Positions 13,900-27,369 of a stretch of DNA of 57,805 nt are shown piece by piece. The notes beneath the pieces were generated by a model, which worked only from the letters and a program-made list of their open reading frames with translations, did not search any database and was not told the origin of the DNA. Made by a program: the position numbers and the translations under genes. Every line of letters starts with the position of its first letter. Position 1 is the first letter of the stretch. This DNA comes from Dicyema japonicum (lineage: Eukaryota; Animalia; Dicyemida): the NCBI GenBank assembly GCA_011109175.1, contig RDEW01000049.1, positions 341,887-399,691 of the forward strand. The letters are read 5' to 3'.

Positions 13900-16080
13900 A
13901 AAGTCACTCGCAATTAACCAGCTAACCTGCAATAATGGATGACTCGTTAAACTAATTAAATATTCATTTTCATTTCTTCTTTATTGATAATCCCATATGT
14001 TAATTCAAATGTGGACACTTGGATCCTCAGAGACCTCGTTGATCCAATGCGTTATTTCTCGGAAAGGGTTCCCTACAATTGTGAGAACTGGATTTTGATT
14101 TTTGATTGAAGTGAGCCAGAAAAACTTGTCATCCATAGAAACTGGATGCGCTTAATTAGTTGTTAACTAATAAATTTAATATGACTCCAACATGCTCCTA
14201 TTTGAGTTAATATGGAATCCAACCAATGTCCATCAATTGAGTGATAAATAATCTGAGGTTTAGTTGTTTATAGTCATTAACCACAAAAAACAAGAGAGGT
14301 AAGAAGATTTCGTCCATTGATCTTTGCTCATATTTTGAGAGGACTACAGGTGGATCTGAAATAATAGGAAATCCTATGGGTCTATTTTGGGAGTTAAAGA
14401 TGAATCTATCACTTTTTTCTGTGTAGATAACGAGATGATTCTCTGTTAGACCAATTCAAGTTGACTTCTTTTCCGGCAGTTATAATCGTTGCAAGCTAAT
14501 TTTCTGGTGATTTCTTTATGGTTTATGTCGCCTCCTCAGATCTTCTGTTTCTTCCACAAAAGAATACCGTTTGGGTGTCTACAGTGGGAACGTCGTAATG
14601 ATAAATCGAAGAATAGTGAGGAAAAACATAGATTTTCATGTGACTCCGTTTTAGTGGTACCGAATTTTCTCTTTGGTTATTTTAAAATTCCCTGTCGTCG
14701 GTGATTACTGATAAAGCTTTCAGAAAGATTGCTCAAAAGAGAGTAACAGCCGGTTCGACGATCACTTAGTCCCAAGATTCGCAAAGTTCGCAGTTTTGTC
14801 TGAGCCTTATGTGTGCAACTACTATGGCACCCAATGATCAAGTCATCAGAGTGTTTCGACAGCAATCAATTGTTTCACTAAGGATACTTCATATCATGAG
14901 AAATAAATTAAAAAATGAAGAGAGCAGAGATCCAAGGGATACATTGGGGGAAATAAGATCCAGATCTCATAGGGCCGGTGTGCATTCGTCCTCTGCGTCC
15001 ATTAAACAAATTGGCAATTCATAACTTCATTAAAGGTTAATTTCTGTGTAGAATAACTTGCTAGTATATTTCTGGAAACGGAGGCTTTCTGAATGTTCAA
15101 CGTAAGTGACAAAGTTGGAAAGACTGGGTGTGTAAAATTCTCAGGACTTTAAAAAGTAAAATTCGTTGTAGTTGACCAATCCGCTTTGAAGCCATGTTGA
15201 AACCTGCGGAATAAGAGGACAGGAAGCTGTTGAACCTCCTGCTATACCGGGGTTCGGATAGAGTTCTTCCACCTGTTCGAATCCGGCATTGTTTATGGGC
15301 ATATTGCTAATGGGGGATATAGCGTCAATGACAATATTGCCAATATGTTTCAAATGAATTGGGGAAACACCGCCACGGCCTCCAATAGCATTTCTAACAG
15401 TTTTAAGTGGAAAGACCAGATCAGACCAGGGGTGGGCTTAGGCCTGTATCGTGGCAGACTGAATGCATATGGCATCGAGAAGGCATTGTGGCTGACCGCT
15501 GGGTAGTGGGACATTAAGGAACATTATTATTAAAGCAACATACGTAAACCCATAATACAGTCAGACCCCGAAATGGGGCAAAAATTCCCCAATATTGAGG
15601 TTTTCCCCAAAATGTGGTTCTTTTTAAAAGTTAAATAAAAAATATGGAAAATTAATTTTATAATAAGAATTAATATAATATGTATTTAAAAAGATAAAGA
15701 GGAGAGGTCTACTTCGACCCATTTATCTGCATTGACTAACTTTATACGATATGGTTTTTCCCACATGCCGGACACATAAAGACTGTACTTTGCTCCATTG
15801 ACGTCCACAAAGCTTTTGACTCGTGTCAAAAAATTTTCTGAAAAGCTTAAACTCTGGTTTGCTAGCTTCCTTAGTGGTCGGGGGAACATGTTCGCATTGG
15901 CCAGGTTTTGCTTGACTAATGGCTATCGCCTAACTAAGCCTGTCACAACCTTATTTACATCAGACAAGAGACTGGGAAGACGGACGGTAGATCTGAAGGC
16001 AAACAGTGGAGTTATCCCTTTTAGAAAATCTTAAAGGATCTTTGGGATAACTTTTGACATGCAAATGTTATTCTCGGCTT
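13900..16080. mobile_element. Scrambled APE/RT LINE remnants (CR1/L2/jockey-like)
   Basis: ENFLTRVKSFVDVNG...SG on -; DLGITFD on +; otherwise highly decayed. Confidence 0.4.
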
Positions 16081-16519
16081 ACCTCTAGAATCCATGATAC
16101 ATATGAACCATGGAACGCGCCGTTGTGACTACGAAGATTCAGTCATTCAACCGATACGTGATTGTGTGGGGTCAAGGGAGAAGCATCAGGCCAAGATGAG
16201 GTCTCTGCTAGACAGTGGTGGGATCACGTGATTAGTTAGTTTTTGTAACCTTGGTCTCCGGTGTTATTATTATCGGTAGATTTTTATTTTTTGATTTATA
16301 AATCTGTCATTTCATGTTTTGCTTTTTTTCCGTAGTGAATGCATAATATCTGCTTTAATTCTGTATAGTTTAAAAGCATTTTCAAATTTGTAATAAATAA
16401 AAATATAGTAAAATTTCACTGTGATAGAGTCGAAATGTAGTTTATAGATAGATAAGGGCATTTCTTGTTTTTTGCTCATGATCATATGGAAAAATAGTTC
16501 TAAAACATTTGACTAAAAT

Positions 16520-16760
16520 ATAGAACAAACCCAAACCAAAATTTAGGTTTTAAGATGGCGACACTTTTCCCCTCCCCCCTCTATGCGGCCTTCGGACTGA
16601 CTTTTATTAAAGTGTTTGATACTGACTTTTATTAAAAACACAGATCAAATCCTAACCAAAATTTAGGCTTTAAGATGGTAACACTCCCCCCTCTATGCGA
16701 CTTTGGTGGCATAGTGCTTGATACTGATTTATTAAAAATGTAGAACAAATCTTAAACAAA
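16520..16760. repeat. ~120 bp imperfect tandem duplication
   Basis: AACCAAAATTTAGG(T/C)TTTAAGATGG..ACACT..CCCCCTCTATGCG...TTGATACTGA..TTTATTAAAAA occurs twice. Confidence 0.7.
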
Positions 16761-16845
16761 ACTCCTTCCTTTAATTTTTGTTTTACCTTGAATATTTTAA
16801 AAATAATTTATTTAAACAAAAAAATTAAGTGTCTATTATTTTGAG

Positions 16846-17777
16846 CAGAGCTTTTCAAAAAATAATTCTCGCGGCACACTAATCGTAAAAAAATAATCCA
16901 CGGCACACATTAAAAAATAAAAAAATTAATTTTTTAAGATGTGTAAAACTAAGTACAAAAATTGGTAATTTAATGCCCAAATTTTTATTAATAAAAAATG
17001 AATTCTTAATTATTATTGTTTTTGCATATATCATCAATATCAGGTCGAATGGTTAACAAAGCACTCGCATTTCAGCACAAATCCGACGAGAAAAATTATT
17101 ATCTGACAAAGGTATCTTATTATTTTTTGTTCATATTTATGACCAAACATAGTCCGAGCAATAATACGACAAGCAGGGATTATCAAGTTTTCGCCAATAT
17201 TGTGAGGTTTTAGTTGTTTTGCTATCACTTCTGAGATCAGGTATGAACATTTCAATGATTCCTTTGTGTTTAAAAAAGTTTCACTGAACTTCATTTGACT
17301 AGATCTACGATTCATAGTAAAAACCAAATAATACTTAAGTTGTTTTTTCAAATGGATAAAATAATCCACAGATTTTTCGGAATAGTCCGGATGCTTGGAA
17401 GTAAAATGTCTCTTTAGTTTGCTAGGAACCATAGCATCACTTGCCAAAAATCCATGCAAATTAGACATTGAGGTAGTTTATTTTTATCTTTGATACAAAT
17501 CCAAATGACAAATAAGAATTTTATAAGAACGACGAACTGATTTACCCATAAGCACGTTGATGCGCACGTTATTAAAAAATTAATAAATAATGGTTAACCA
17601 ATGCAAATGTCATTTGATGTATAATAAAAAAATGATTATTTTAATTTTAGTAATTATTTTAATTCGTTTATTTTTTTAAATTAATTAGGTCAAAAATGTA
17701 TATAAATTTATTCAAAATTGTATTTGGCAGGCGGCACACTAGAAATTGTCTTGCGGCACACCGTTTGACAACCTCTG
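16846..17777 (-). mobile_element. Internally deleted hAT (Buster/Charlie, ZBED5-like) transposon
   Basis: TIRs CAGAGCTTTTCAAA / TTTGACAACCTCTG; 8 bp TSD ATTTTGAG/ATTTTGAA; GCGGCACAC subterminal repeats; ORF 17040-17468 LASDAMVPSKLKRHFTSKH...AKQLKPHNIGENLIIPA. Confidence 0.9.
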
Positions 17778-17779
17778 AT

Positions 17780-18118
17780 TTTGAATCTCGAGATATGTAT
17801 GACTTTAAGTTCTGTCCCATATTCAGATCGGATTTTGCATACTTCGATTATGGTTTCAATGACCAAATATTTCTTAGCCAAAATTTGGTCATATAGTGCA
17901 TATCGTCTATTTTTTGGATTTGCATCTTCATCTTGCCTCAGGAGTATATAGTCCCCCACGTTAATAATTTCTTCATCGAACTTCAATTTGCGACGTTTTT
18001 GCATTTTAAGCCTGCACATTGTAGCATGACATAGGCTTCTTTGCGTGCTTCTAGTTTTCGTCAAAATTATATCCGAGCATAAATTGTAAATGTCATCGGG
18101 CGATTGATTAACACACAT
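17780..18118 (-). mobile_element. Possible DDE integrase C-terminal fragment (Ginger/Gypsy-like)
   Basis: INVGDYILLRQD...YLVIE...HISRFK resembles an integrase SH3-like tail. Confidence 0.3.
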
Positions 18119-18499
18119 GAAAAGATAAAATGGTGCTGCTTTCGTGATTTGAGAATGAGTCGATCACAACAAGAATCTGTAAATAAAAAACAATCATTCA
18201 GTTACCGAGAAATTATTTTTTTTTTTCAGCATCTCGAGGTTTTCTGGCAAGGATAGGTGTAATAGCGGGCTTAGTAGCCATTAGCTTCTCGGCTGACAGT
18301 GGACATACTTCTTAACAACTTTGCCGACCTCAAGTCTCGAAATTCCGTAAATTTTACTTCTTATGAGACTGTATAGTCGATCGAGTCCGAAATGGATAAT
18401 TGATGTTCATCATACTATCATGAAAAATACTACCTAGGCCATTTTCAGTTCTCTCTCATGAATCGTAAAAAATCGGAGTTTTACATTATCTGAGATGAA

Positions 18500-19480
18500 A
18501 TAACAATTTTAAATCTCTAACACTTTCACGAGAGCCACAATATTTATAGCCACGCATGTGAGCAAAAAATATAGAGAAAGAGTTAGCTTGTTCCAGGCTT
18601 TTCTGTTCTTAGCCAGATCCCTCAGTGTGTCTAGATCGTTACCAGATGCCAATGTTTTCTTTACGGCATTCAGATCGATTTGTAAAACGACCGAAGAGGT
18701 TGTTCTCGGTCTTCCACGAAAGCGTTTTACATGCCAGGAGTAGTAATCTTCCATTGCGATATTCGAGATGTCGGTCCAATCTCAGGACGTGTCCAAAAAG
18801 TCTCCAACGAGAGCTAGTGATCTCGAGACTTATTGGTGTACAATCACACTTTTTGTACAGTCCTTTCTGCAAGATCTGGGTCGACCAGGACATTCCGGTT
18901 ATGTTTTTAGATGATTCCTGTGAAACGAGTCTAGTCTCTCAAATCCCTCTTTTGGGGTGCCCCAGCTCCCAGAGTTGTATTAAGTTCTTGTGTTGTCAGT
19001 TTATACAATCTATAAGAATGTGATTATTTTTCAAAATAGAATATTTTTTCATGTGATTAATTATTTTTCAAAATAGAATATTTTTTAGTTTTTTTATAAT
19101 AAATCTAATAAATTTCCCATATGTATTTATTTTTATGTAATTATTTTTGGAAATAAGCTATACTGAGCGATTCCACCTTCCGCGGTCATACGCAACCTCC
19201 CTCAGGTAGTTTATTTTCATTTTCCTTTTGCATAGTTGAAGATTAGTATCGAATACTCCAGGTAGTGTGATTCGCGGCCATCCACAGAGCCGTGATCCAG
19301 CTTCAAGGAAATACTCCCCATTGACATATTAGCTGAGCTATCCATTACCAATCTAAGTATATGTCCTAATAGCCTCCATCTCAAATCAGTGATCAATTGA
19401 TCAATGGCGGAAACATTATATAAAGACTTGTTTTCCTTTGCCAATTCAAACCGAACATGTCCTCAGCTGCCTTCGATGTA
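18500..19480 (-). mobile_element. Two RTE-like LINE 3' fragments (about 18500-19020 and 19190-19480)
   Basis: RWRLFGHVLRL..GRPRTT..DLDTLRDLAKNRKAW; LRWRLLGHILRL. Confidence 0.7.
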
Positions 19481-20900
19481 AGTAGTCTGTCCCTTGGAGA
19501 TCCAAACTTATTGGTCTTTCTCCATTGTTCATCCGATCTTTTTTCCATTCTTCTGATGTCCACTATTTCCGTTATGCGACTTCATGGTTAGGTGCCATTA
19601 TTTGACTTCATTGGGAGCTACCTCCAAAAGACGAAAAAGAATGATCTATCTCAATATGAAGTCGACGTCTTCAGCATAAATGGATTTTTCTATGTTAATT
19701 TCATAAGATCTTCCAAGATCACGTAGCACCGTTTCCAAGAATATGACCACTAGCAAAGGTGAGAGGAAGTCCCTTAGAGAAGAACTCTTAAGTTCGTGTT
19801 TGATAGGAGAACTCTTCTCATTTTCACAGATTCCAGAAATCCTTCCAGTATCTTCAGTAATAGACCTCGACGCATCGGTTGAAGGCCCTCGAAAAGTCTA
19901 CTCCAGGATTGTAGTTGCGTTTTAGCATCTTTGATTTACAGCGGAGCACCACTTGTGACTCCATACTATATCCGTGGTTGATCTCCCTGTCCTGATTCCA
20001 CAATGACTTGGTGCGAGATAGTCATCCACTCGATCTTTGACGTTGTATCGTGTAACAATGCCAAGTATTGAGCATGATTATCGAGCGTAGGTTTCGACTG
20101 GACCGATCCAAGCGATGGGTATTCCTTTCTGGCAAACAGAATTGAGAAGTGTAGTAAATTTATCAATTAGCACAGAGGATCCATATTTTAGGAACTCTGA
20201 GTTGATGTTATCTGGTCCGGGGGAACGACTATTTTTCATTTGTCGATTGCCCTTACATCTTCCTCAATGGTAATTAATTCTTCTAATTGTGCGGAGTGTC
20301 CATGTACGTAATCTTCCGTGAGCATTTAGGAGATTGTTGAGTTTCTTTATTCTGTTCTGAAAAAACGCCTGTTTCGACTTGATTAGTCTGGCACTCTCCT
20401 TAAACAGTGTGTTTTCCTGTAGTAGCCTCAACTTTTTTTGTTCTTTTATAAGTTTTGGTAGATCGGGGCAAGTTTTTTCTTTGTGTAGTCCTGGACTCAT
20501 ACATCTAAGCGAGAAGAACTATCTTGTGGTCAAGTTCTTCCAGATTCCTCATAACACGGCCACTGTGTGGGGCGTATTAAGTCAACTCAGCTCTTTATTG
20601 AGATCCATTTTTGATTGCAATACACAGATCCTGTCGTTAACCTTCCCGTATCTGTACAAATATAAGACAATGTCCTTATGTATAGCAAATCCTTGACCGA
20701 AGGAAACAATATTAGCACATAGTTTCCAAGCTCCTCGTACTATCCGTCTGCCATCTTAGTTTCCTGCAGGCAGCATACCTATCTGCCATATTTTTGAATG
20801 TCCGACACAAAGTGAGTCTCTTCCTCAAATCATTAAGTCCTTTGATGTTGAAGGTAAGAAAGGTTAGTTCATTTTTAAGTCTCAAACGCTTTTTAGACAT
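19480..20900 (-). mobile_element. Degenerate L1/Tx1-like LINE ORF2 (APE start plus linker)
   Basis: LTFLTFNIKGLNDLRKR (APE N-terminus); LQENTLFKESARLIKSK linker. Confidence 0.55.
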
Positions 20901-21026
20901 TTTTGCAATTGAGGCACGTCACCAACGCTGTTCATTTATTAATTAATTTTCTTAATTGTTTATTAATTAATTAATGTTTTATTATTATAATCAAAATTTT
21001 AAATTAATTACTAGTTGTTCGTTTGA

Positions 21027-21551
21027 ATGTCGAATGCTGATGTATACCTGAGATACTACATTGGACATCGTGGACAATATGGACACGAGTTTCTTGAGTT
21101 TACATTCAATCCCAATGGTTAAATTGATTTTGTTAATCAAAATAGGCCAATTTCAGTACATCAACAACAGCAACTATAAAAACGACATTATGATCAGGAA
21201 AGACGTACTAATGATTATAAATATATAGTCATTCGTGTCTCCTGCTGTTCTGTCCGAACTGGCCAGGATTGTGGATGACTCTGAAATCCTCTGTGAGTCG
21301 GACTCTCAATGGCCGGAACCCAACTCAGATGGTAAGCAGGAACTGGAAATAGTGCTTGGAGACAAGCACGTGTCATTTGTGACGTCAAAGATTGGTTCTA
21401 TAGTTGAAATGGAGAAGACATTGGGGTTTGCTTGTTGTGAATTGTCAGTCCTGAGATTGAAGGGTTCAGGAACTTTTATGATTTGGTGCAGAACCTGAAG
21501 ACTTTTGTGTTCACGTTGGTGAGGTTCCATTTCAAAATCAATCCTATCTGA
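21027..21551 (+). CDS. mago: Mago nashi (exon junction complex core), 149 aa; exons 21027-21117, 21146-21204, 21229-21425, 21449-21551
   Basis: [65 protein letters not shown]; three GT-AG introns of 28, 24 and 23 nt restore the frame. Confidence 0.97.
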
Positions 21552-23211
21552 TTCTGCTTACTGTTTTTTGTTTCATAAATTTGGTTTTTATGTACTCAAA
21601 ATCAAATTTGCAACTGATGGGGGATCTTCCATGGTTGGTTGCTATTGTAGTTTTATTCCGTATTTGACCGACACGTGCATTATGTTATTGCTATTCAGTG
21701 TGTGATTTTGGCAGCTAAATGTACAAATGGTAGCCTAGATGACTGTCTCGCTACAGTTACTTCGACTGTTATCAAAGTCAAATCCAAATCTTTGAATTCT
21801 TTTCTTTTTCGATAGCTAGTACGGCTGTTAATGCACACTGAAGTGAGTGGTTATCAAAGAGGATCATACGATGGGCTATTTACCCTTCCCATGATGCAGC
21901 AGTGTTGACCTAGACGGCCTTAACCAATTTTATGAAAATTCTCGCTGATCACATTTACCACGCTGAAATTACCAACTATTCCAGCAACTCTCTGTCCTTT
22001 CAACCAACATCATCGGTAGCGTGCTAAAGGCACTTTCGGCCATAAAGCTAAAGGAAATAGGTCTTGAGTACTTTTCGACCGATGTACATTCGCGATTTCT
22101 ATCGAGACAACCAGAGCGATAAACAAACAACTGATCTTCCTCAATAAACTATGACATATTTAGTTAATTAATTTCTAAAAAACTACATAATATGAGCTTA
22201 TGAGAAATTTATTGTATTTTTTGTTTTTTTTGGGTATATTTCAATTCCATCTCATCATTTGACTATTTTAAAAATTAATAATTTAAAATAAAAACTAAGT
22301 AAATAAAGTATGGCGTGCTGTGAGGTCTACTGTTGTCAAATTAATGAAAGGAAATAATTCGAAATTATTGCATTCGTATTCAATTCCTTTGTACCTTAGA
22401 CGGTCGAATTCCTTGTCTACGGAATCGGATTTCTACTTGCACTTTAAATCTCCGTGACCGCTGTTGTTATTTAAGCGAATCTCGCTCGCCACCTGGGAGT
22501 GAATAGCCACGTATTCAGACGTATGACCCTCAAATTGATTGTTTCTTAATGTAATAAATTCTTATTTTTAAGGAAGATGTGGATAGATCAACCAAATAAA
22601 ATATAATCGATTAGGCGAATTATTAATATTTGAGATAGAAAGATTATCCCATGGTTGACATAATTCCTTTACTGTACAGACTTTTTAACGTATGGGGAAG
22701 AACTGAAAAGAAAACTGTCATACATTGAGATTTCTTAAATTATTAATTTCATATACAACAGAGATTCGTTCTGTTGACAGGAGATTCGGAAGATAATCAA
22801 TAATTTGTAGATGGCACTGACACGCTAAACACATGGGAGGCTATTTCGATATGATTTAGTTAAAATAATGCTTTTTTATGGCAAACGAAAAGAGCTACGT
22901 CAGAAAACAAATCAAATGCAAAAAAGAGATTTCAGTTATTAGACCGGTTCCGCAACGTAGGGGATAGGGATTCCAACTAGGGACCTTAAGACCTTTTACA
23001 AATAAGTTAAAAAATTTGTAACAATAAGCAGAGAAAATCAAATAATGGAGAATAATCAATGTTATAGATTACCAAAATACAGGGACTAAAATGAAATAAA
23101 TCAAGTGTGTGGTTGTGGTCTAATAAGGAGGAGAGGGAATCTGCTGAATTGTCTAAGCTTAGTAACAGGACTGAAATACTATACCAACAACAAAATTCTG
23201 ATCTCCTGCTA

Positions 23212-24284
23212 CAGTAGGACCCCGCTCTGGGACCCCAAAATCTGGGGTAAAAATAATTTGCTTAATGTCAAAATTAATAATGAATAAACAAGTTTTTATT
23301 AACAATAATCCGTTATTTTTTTCGTACATTCTTTGTTTTTTTAATATCTTTAGATAAAATCTTACGTAACTCGAAATATTTTGTTAGAGTTTGTGGCATA
23401 AATTTATGAATACCTTTTTTGTGTTTGAATGTTTCCGACTCATAATCATCATTTCCGTCATAAAACGTTTTGTTGTCTGTCTCTTCTTCTTGAATCACGT
23501 TGTGGACAATATTTTCGATGTGATTTTCTTCAATTGAATGAGCATTGTCGTGTTTTTGTATTCTATGTTTATTCATTTTCCGCCAACAATTTTCAATCAC
23601 ATCTAAAGAAATACTTGTCCACGTAATTCCAACAACCGTTATTACATGTCTCAGATTGATTTCATTTAGTTTTGGAAAAAGTAAGTTCTTCGTCTTCGGA
23701 CACGAGAGTAAAAAATATCAAATTGTCAAAATATCTTGATTTAAATGCCTTTATTATTCCCATGCTTAATGGCTGTAGATTTATACTTCCTATTAGCAAC
23801 GGTTTTAACCTCTCCTCAAGAGTACTGCAGCAAAGAATGCTGACTCTTTCTTTATTATTTTTTATTCCATTACAGTCATCATTTATTGCAATAAAATTCC
23901 ACTTGTTTTGAAAAAAAATAGTTGAGCCGGCAATGAGTCTATTAGTCTAAATAATGACGCAGTTAACAAAAAATGAAAACAAGCATGAGCAAAAATCTCT
24001 TACTATTCCATCTGATGTTAGCCGTTAAGAAATTGAAAATTTGTGAGAAATTTAAATTATTAAAATTACAAATCATTATAAAGATAGGAATTAATTTATT
24101 TTTTCATTAAAAAAATATTGATTTCTAACGGCTTGTTTAACGGCTCGAATTCAACCCGAGTTCGTATTCAACCGGTCACAATTAATACTTAAAGATGCAT
24201 AACTCACAAAGTGCCCCAAAAAGCAGGGGTGCCGAAAAAAAGCAAATCCGAAGGTGGGGTTTGGCTTGGTGTGGGGTCTGACTG
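23212..24284 (-). mobile_element. Degenerate pogo/Tigger transposon
   Basis: TA|CAGTAGGACCCC ... GGGGTCTGACTG|TA; LQPLSMGIIKAFKSRY and TWTSISLDVIENCWRK motifs. Confidence 0.8.
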
Positions 24285-26109
24285 TATTGATAATCTAGTT
24301 GTTCGATACACCTCCCTTACTACGCAGAAAAAGGGAATTGTGACACTAAATTGCGATCCATACATATCAATTTCCTGTTTCTTAGTTTTAATAAAAAAAT
24401 TATCAAGAAATTTAAAAAATCTGGTGATTTTATTTAACAAGGAAAAACTTCTTCATACCAAAATAGTCAGAGGAAATGCATTCTCAAATATCCGAGCATC
24501 CAGCAGTTGTTGACTGTTAGTTTTTTTTTTTAATTTTCCATCATCAATTTCAGATATAATGTTCTATATTCTTGGTATAATAATTTGCCACATCCAGCCA
24601 ACTTCCTCATCTTGATACATCAGGAGGCAATCCAATCTCTTCAAGTAAGTCTGGCGAGATTTATTTTTCAACGTCTTTATAGATGATATTGAATAATCCA
24701 CATCAGAATAATGTGAACGAATTTTCAAAACAGTTATGTTATAAATAAACCAAAGTTATTTCTTTTATATATTATAGAACAAAGTTATTAACCTCATAGC
24801 TAGGTTTTCGGAAGATGTGAAGAAAAGGTCATGACAAGACTCGCCTCCTCCGGATAACAGTTTTGGAAGGTAATGGCTGATAGAAATAGTATCATCGATT
24901 GCCTGGGATATTGTAATTGTATCACACCGTTCAATGCGCACAGTACTAATCAATATGTTATCATAGGATTTTCAACAGTTCCAACTATGATATTTACAAA
25001 ATACTTTTTTTGAAATTTGGGTCTCATTCACAACAAAAAGATACATTTTTTTTACTAATAGTATCTTTAATTGTCTTAATTTGATTGAAATAAGTAAAGG
25101 TACCAAATTTCGACAGTAAATTTCAGAGAATTTCATATCCCATGTACTGTTGTGTTGCTTGGCGTGGTTAATTAGTAGAAGTTATCTGCTTCTTGTTTTT
25201 TCCTCCTCGTTCTTCCTATTAGAGTGGCGTCATGTTATCCACCTGTCTAGGTAGCGCCCAGTTCCTGGCTAGCACGAAAAATGATAATTTGCTCTCCCTC
25301 ACTCTACTGGAGGGGTTTTCACAACTACATATATGGACGTCTTTTCCTTTTATGGTGATTCCTGATGGACTCTGTGTCTGCAGAAGTGGAAACTGAATGC
25401 ACTCAATTAGTTGTCTACTTTAACTTCTTTCTCGGTGTATCCGGGGTTAATAAATAAATTAATTAGATCATTTAAATCAATAAAATTTTTGAAAAAGTCA
25501 ATTAAACACGAATGATTGAAAATCGTTAAATGATTTTTAAAATTAATTTTTTGATTAATTAACTTTATTTTTTAAGTATTCGGAATATGTTCTCCACACT
25601 AGTCGTATACAGAATTACTATTGATATGCTGAAGTCTCCAATTGAATCAGTAATAGATCCTCTATTTAAAGAAGCAACAGTCCGTAGATATTAAGGATAA
25701 TGCATCTTTGCAATGTCTATATTATGTATGTGAAAGTATATCATTACTAAATTACTCAGAAAATATGAGGATAGTGAAAGTGGATATAATCCATCCATAT
25801 ATAAAAACTCAGTCCAAAAGAACTCATGCGAGTTTTTCGCTTGACTCTGTCATAAGAATCTTTTTGTGTGCCCATAGTAGAACAAGATAATAGTAACGTC
25901 CATTATATTTGGGCCAAAAGTTAGATAATCTGCATAGTTTAAATATTAGCGTGATTTTAAACGATCTGCAAAGTAAACTAGAATTTAAAATTAATCAAAA
26001 ATTGCGAATGAAACCAAATTCCCAAAAGTCATATTACTCGCTTCAGAAATAATTGCCTGTAATTTTTGCTTATAACGAATTTTTTACCGACTTTTTGCAA
26101 TTTGAGAGA

Positions 26110-26988
26110 ATGAATTTTCTGTTTTTTGCATTATTTTGTGCCTTTGTCTGTAATTTATGTTGAATCAATTTTAGATAACAGGCATTTAACCAAAAGATTT
26201 GACATCGCCGTTGTCGTTGATGACTCATTTGTTTTCATAATATTTACATATAGCAAAGAAGTTTCAAATATAATCAAACCGAAATTAGAGAGTACATTAA
26301 TAAGATGTTCACTTTGTCACAAAAAGTATACAATTACTCATATTTAGTATTTTGGCGTCATCAAAATACAATTAAAACTCACAAAATTTTACTTTGATTA
26401 TGAAATTACACCAACTGACCCATTCTATGCTGCAAAATACGCACAAAAGAAAAAGTATTTTAATGGGGTAGACGCAATTTTATTCTTTGAGTAATTATCC
26501 AAACTAATTCTCAGAGATCAATATGTCAAAGATGAACGTGGTGCGACTATAAGGGGATTGGGATCATTAGGATATATTTGTACAAATCGATCCGTGGCTA
26601 CTATCTTGAAAAAAACTACTGACGAAAAGACTTCGGTGATTATATCTCATGAACTATTCCACATACTTGGGTTTGAACACGTCAAAGATACTGCAAGTAA
26701 TAGAAATTGTTTAATGAATCCTCATGTCGGAAACAATCAGTATTATTTTTTATAATTTTTAGATTTGTTTCAAAATTAACAATCGACACTGTGCCTGCAC
26801 TCGAAAACAAATGGAAATGCCTTGCACCAAGTAATGATTTGTTGTAATTTTTGTAAATGTTCATAATGATGTCCCCAATAATGAAGGGGCCGTCAACAAT
26901 AATAAGTCAAATGGAGCTAATTTCTGGATTTACGCCTTTCTTCTTTTCCTGGTAAAATATTTTCATTATATTTTAGGGTCTTAATTAG
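26110..26988 (+). CDS. M12B metalloprotease paralog 3, apparently intact (~237 aa if all 7 introns are spliced)
   Basis: Exons 26110-149, 26175-230, 26254-325, 26348-490, 26515-739, 26763-830, 26854-951, 26977-988 join into one open frame; signal peptide; HELFHILGFEH; CLMNP; SNGA plus hydrophobic tail. Intron 6 ends in TG. Confidence 0.85.
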
Positions 26989-27041
26989 ATTATTAACAAT
27001 TACTAACTTTATAATAATAATTTTTAGATAATTTAACTCAT

Positions 27042-27257
27042 CTGGTGCAGCCGGGATAATTACAGCCTCTTTCCTAAAGGAAATCGGGGGGAAATTGGCC
27101 TACCGCAAGAAAGACGGGCGGGAAGCGGTCTGGCTGAGGCAACAAATTGGTATCGCAGTTGTCCGCGGAAACGCTTACTCCGTGAGGTCAACAACCGCTT
27201 TCCCCCATAGTTAATAAATAACATTTTATTGTTAATAAATTTCTCACTTAAAAAAAT
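27042..27257 (+). mobile_element. 5'-truncated CRE insertion (216 bp)
   Basis: FLKEIGGKLA..WLRQQIGIAVVRGNA; AATAAA; A-run; TSD TTTAACTCAT at 27032-41 and 27258-67. Confidence 0.88.
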
Positions 27258-27369
27258 TTTAACTCATTAATAAAAAATGAACCTTTCATAAATATGGAAT
27301 TAATGGCAAAGATTTTCCTACTGAAGACATTATATCGTTTTTTTTACCCCAAGATCACCGGATAGGAAA

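Noticed and set aside
21590-22160. Possible secreted protein gene on the - strand next to mago
   Set aside because: Signal-like stretch without a usable start; no consistent spliced frame or recognisable domain.
22300-22830. LRR-like fragments on the - strand (NNLRNL, NNQFEG)
   Set aside because: Too short and broken to support.
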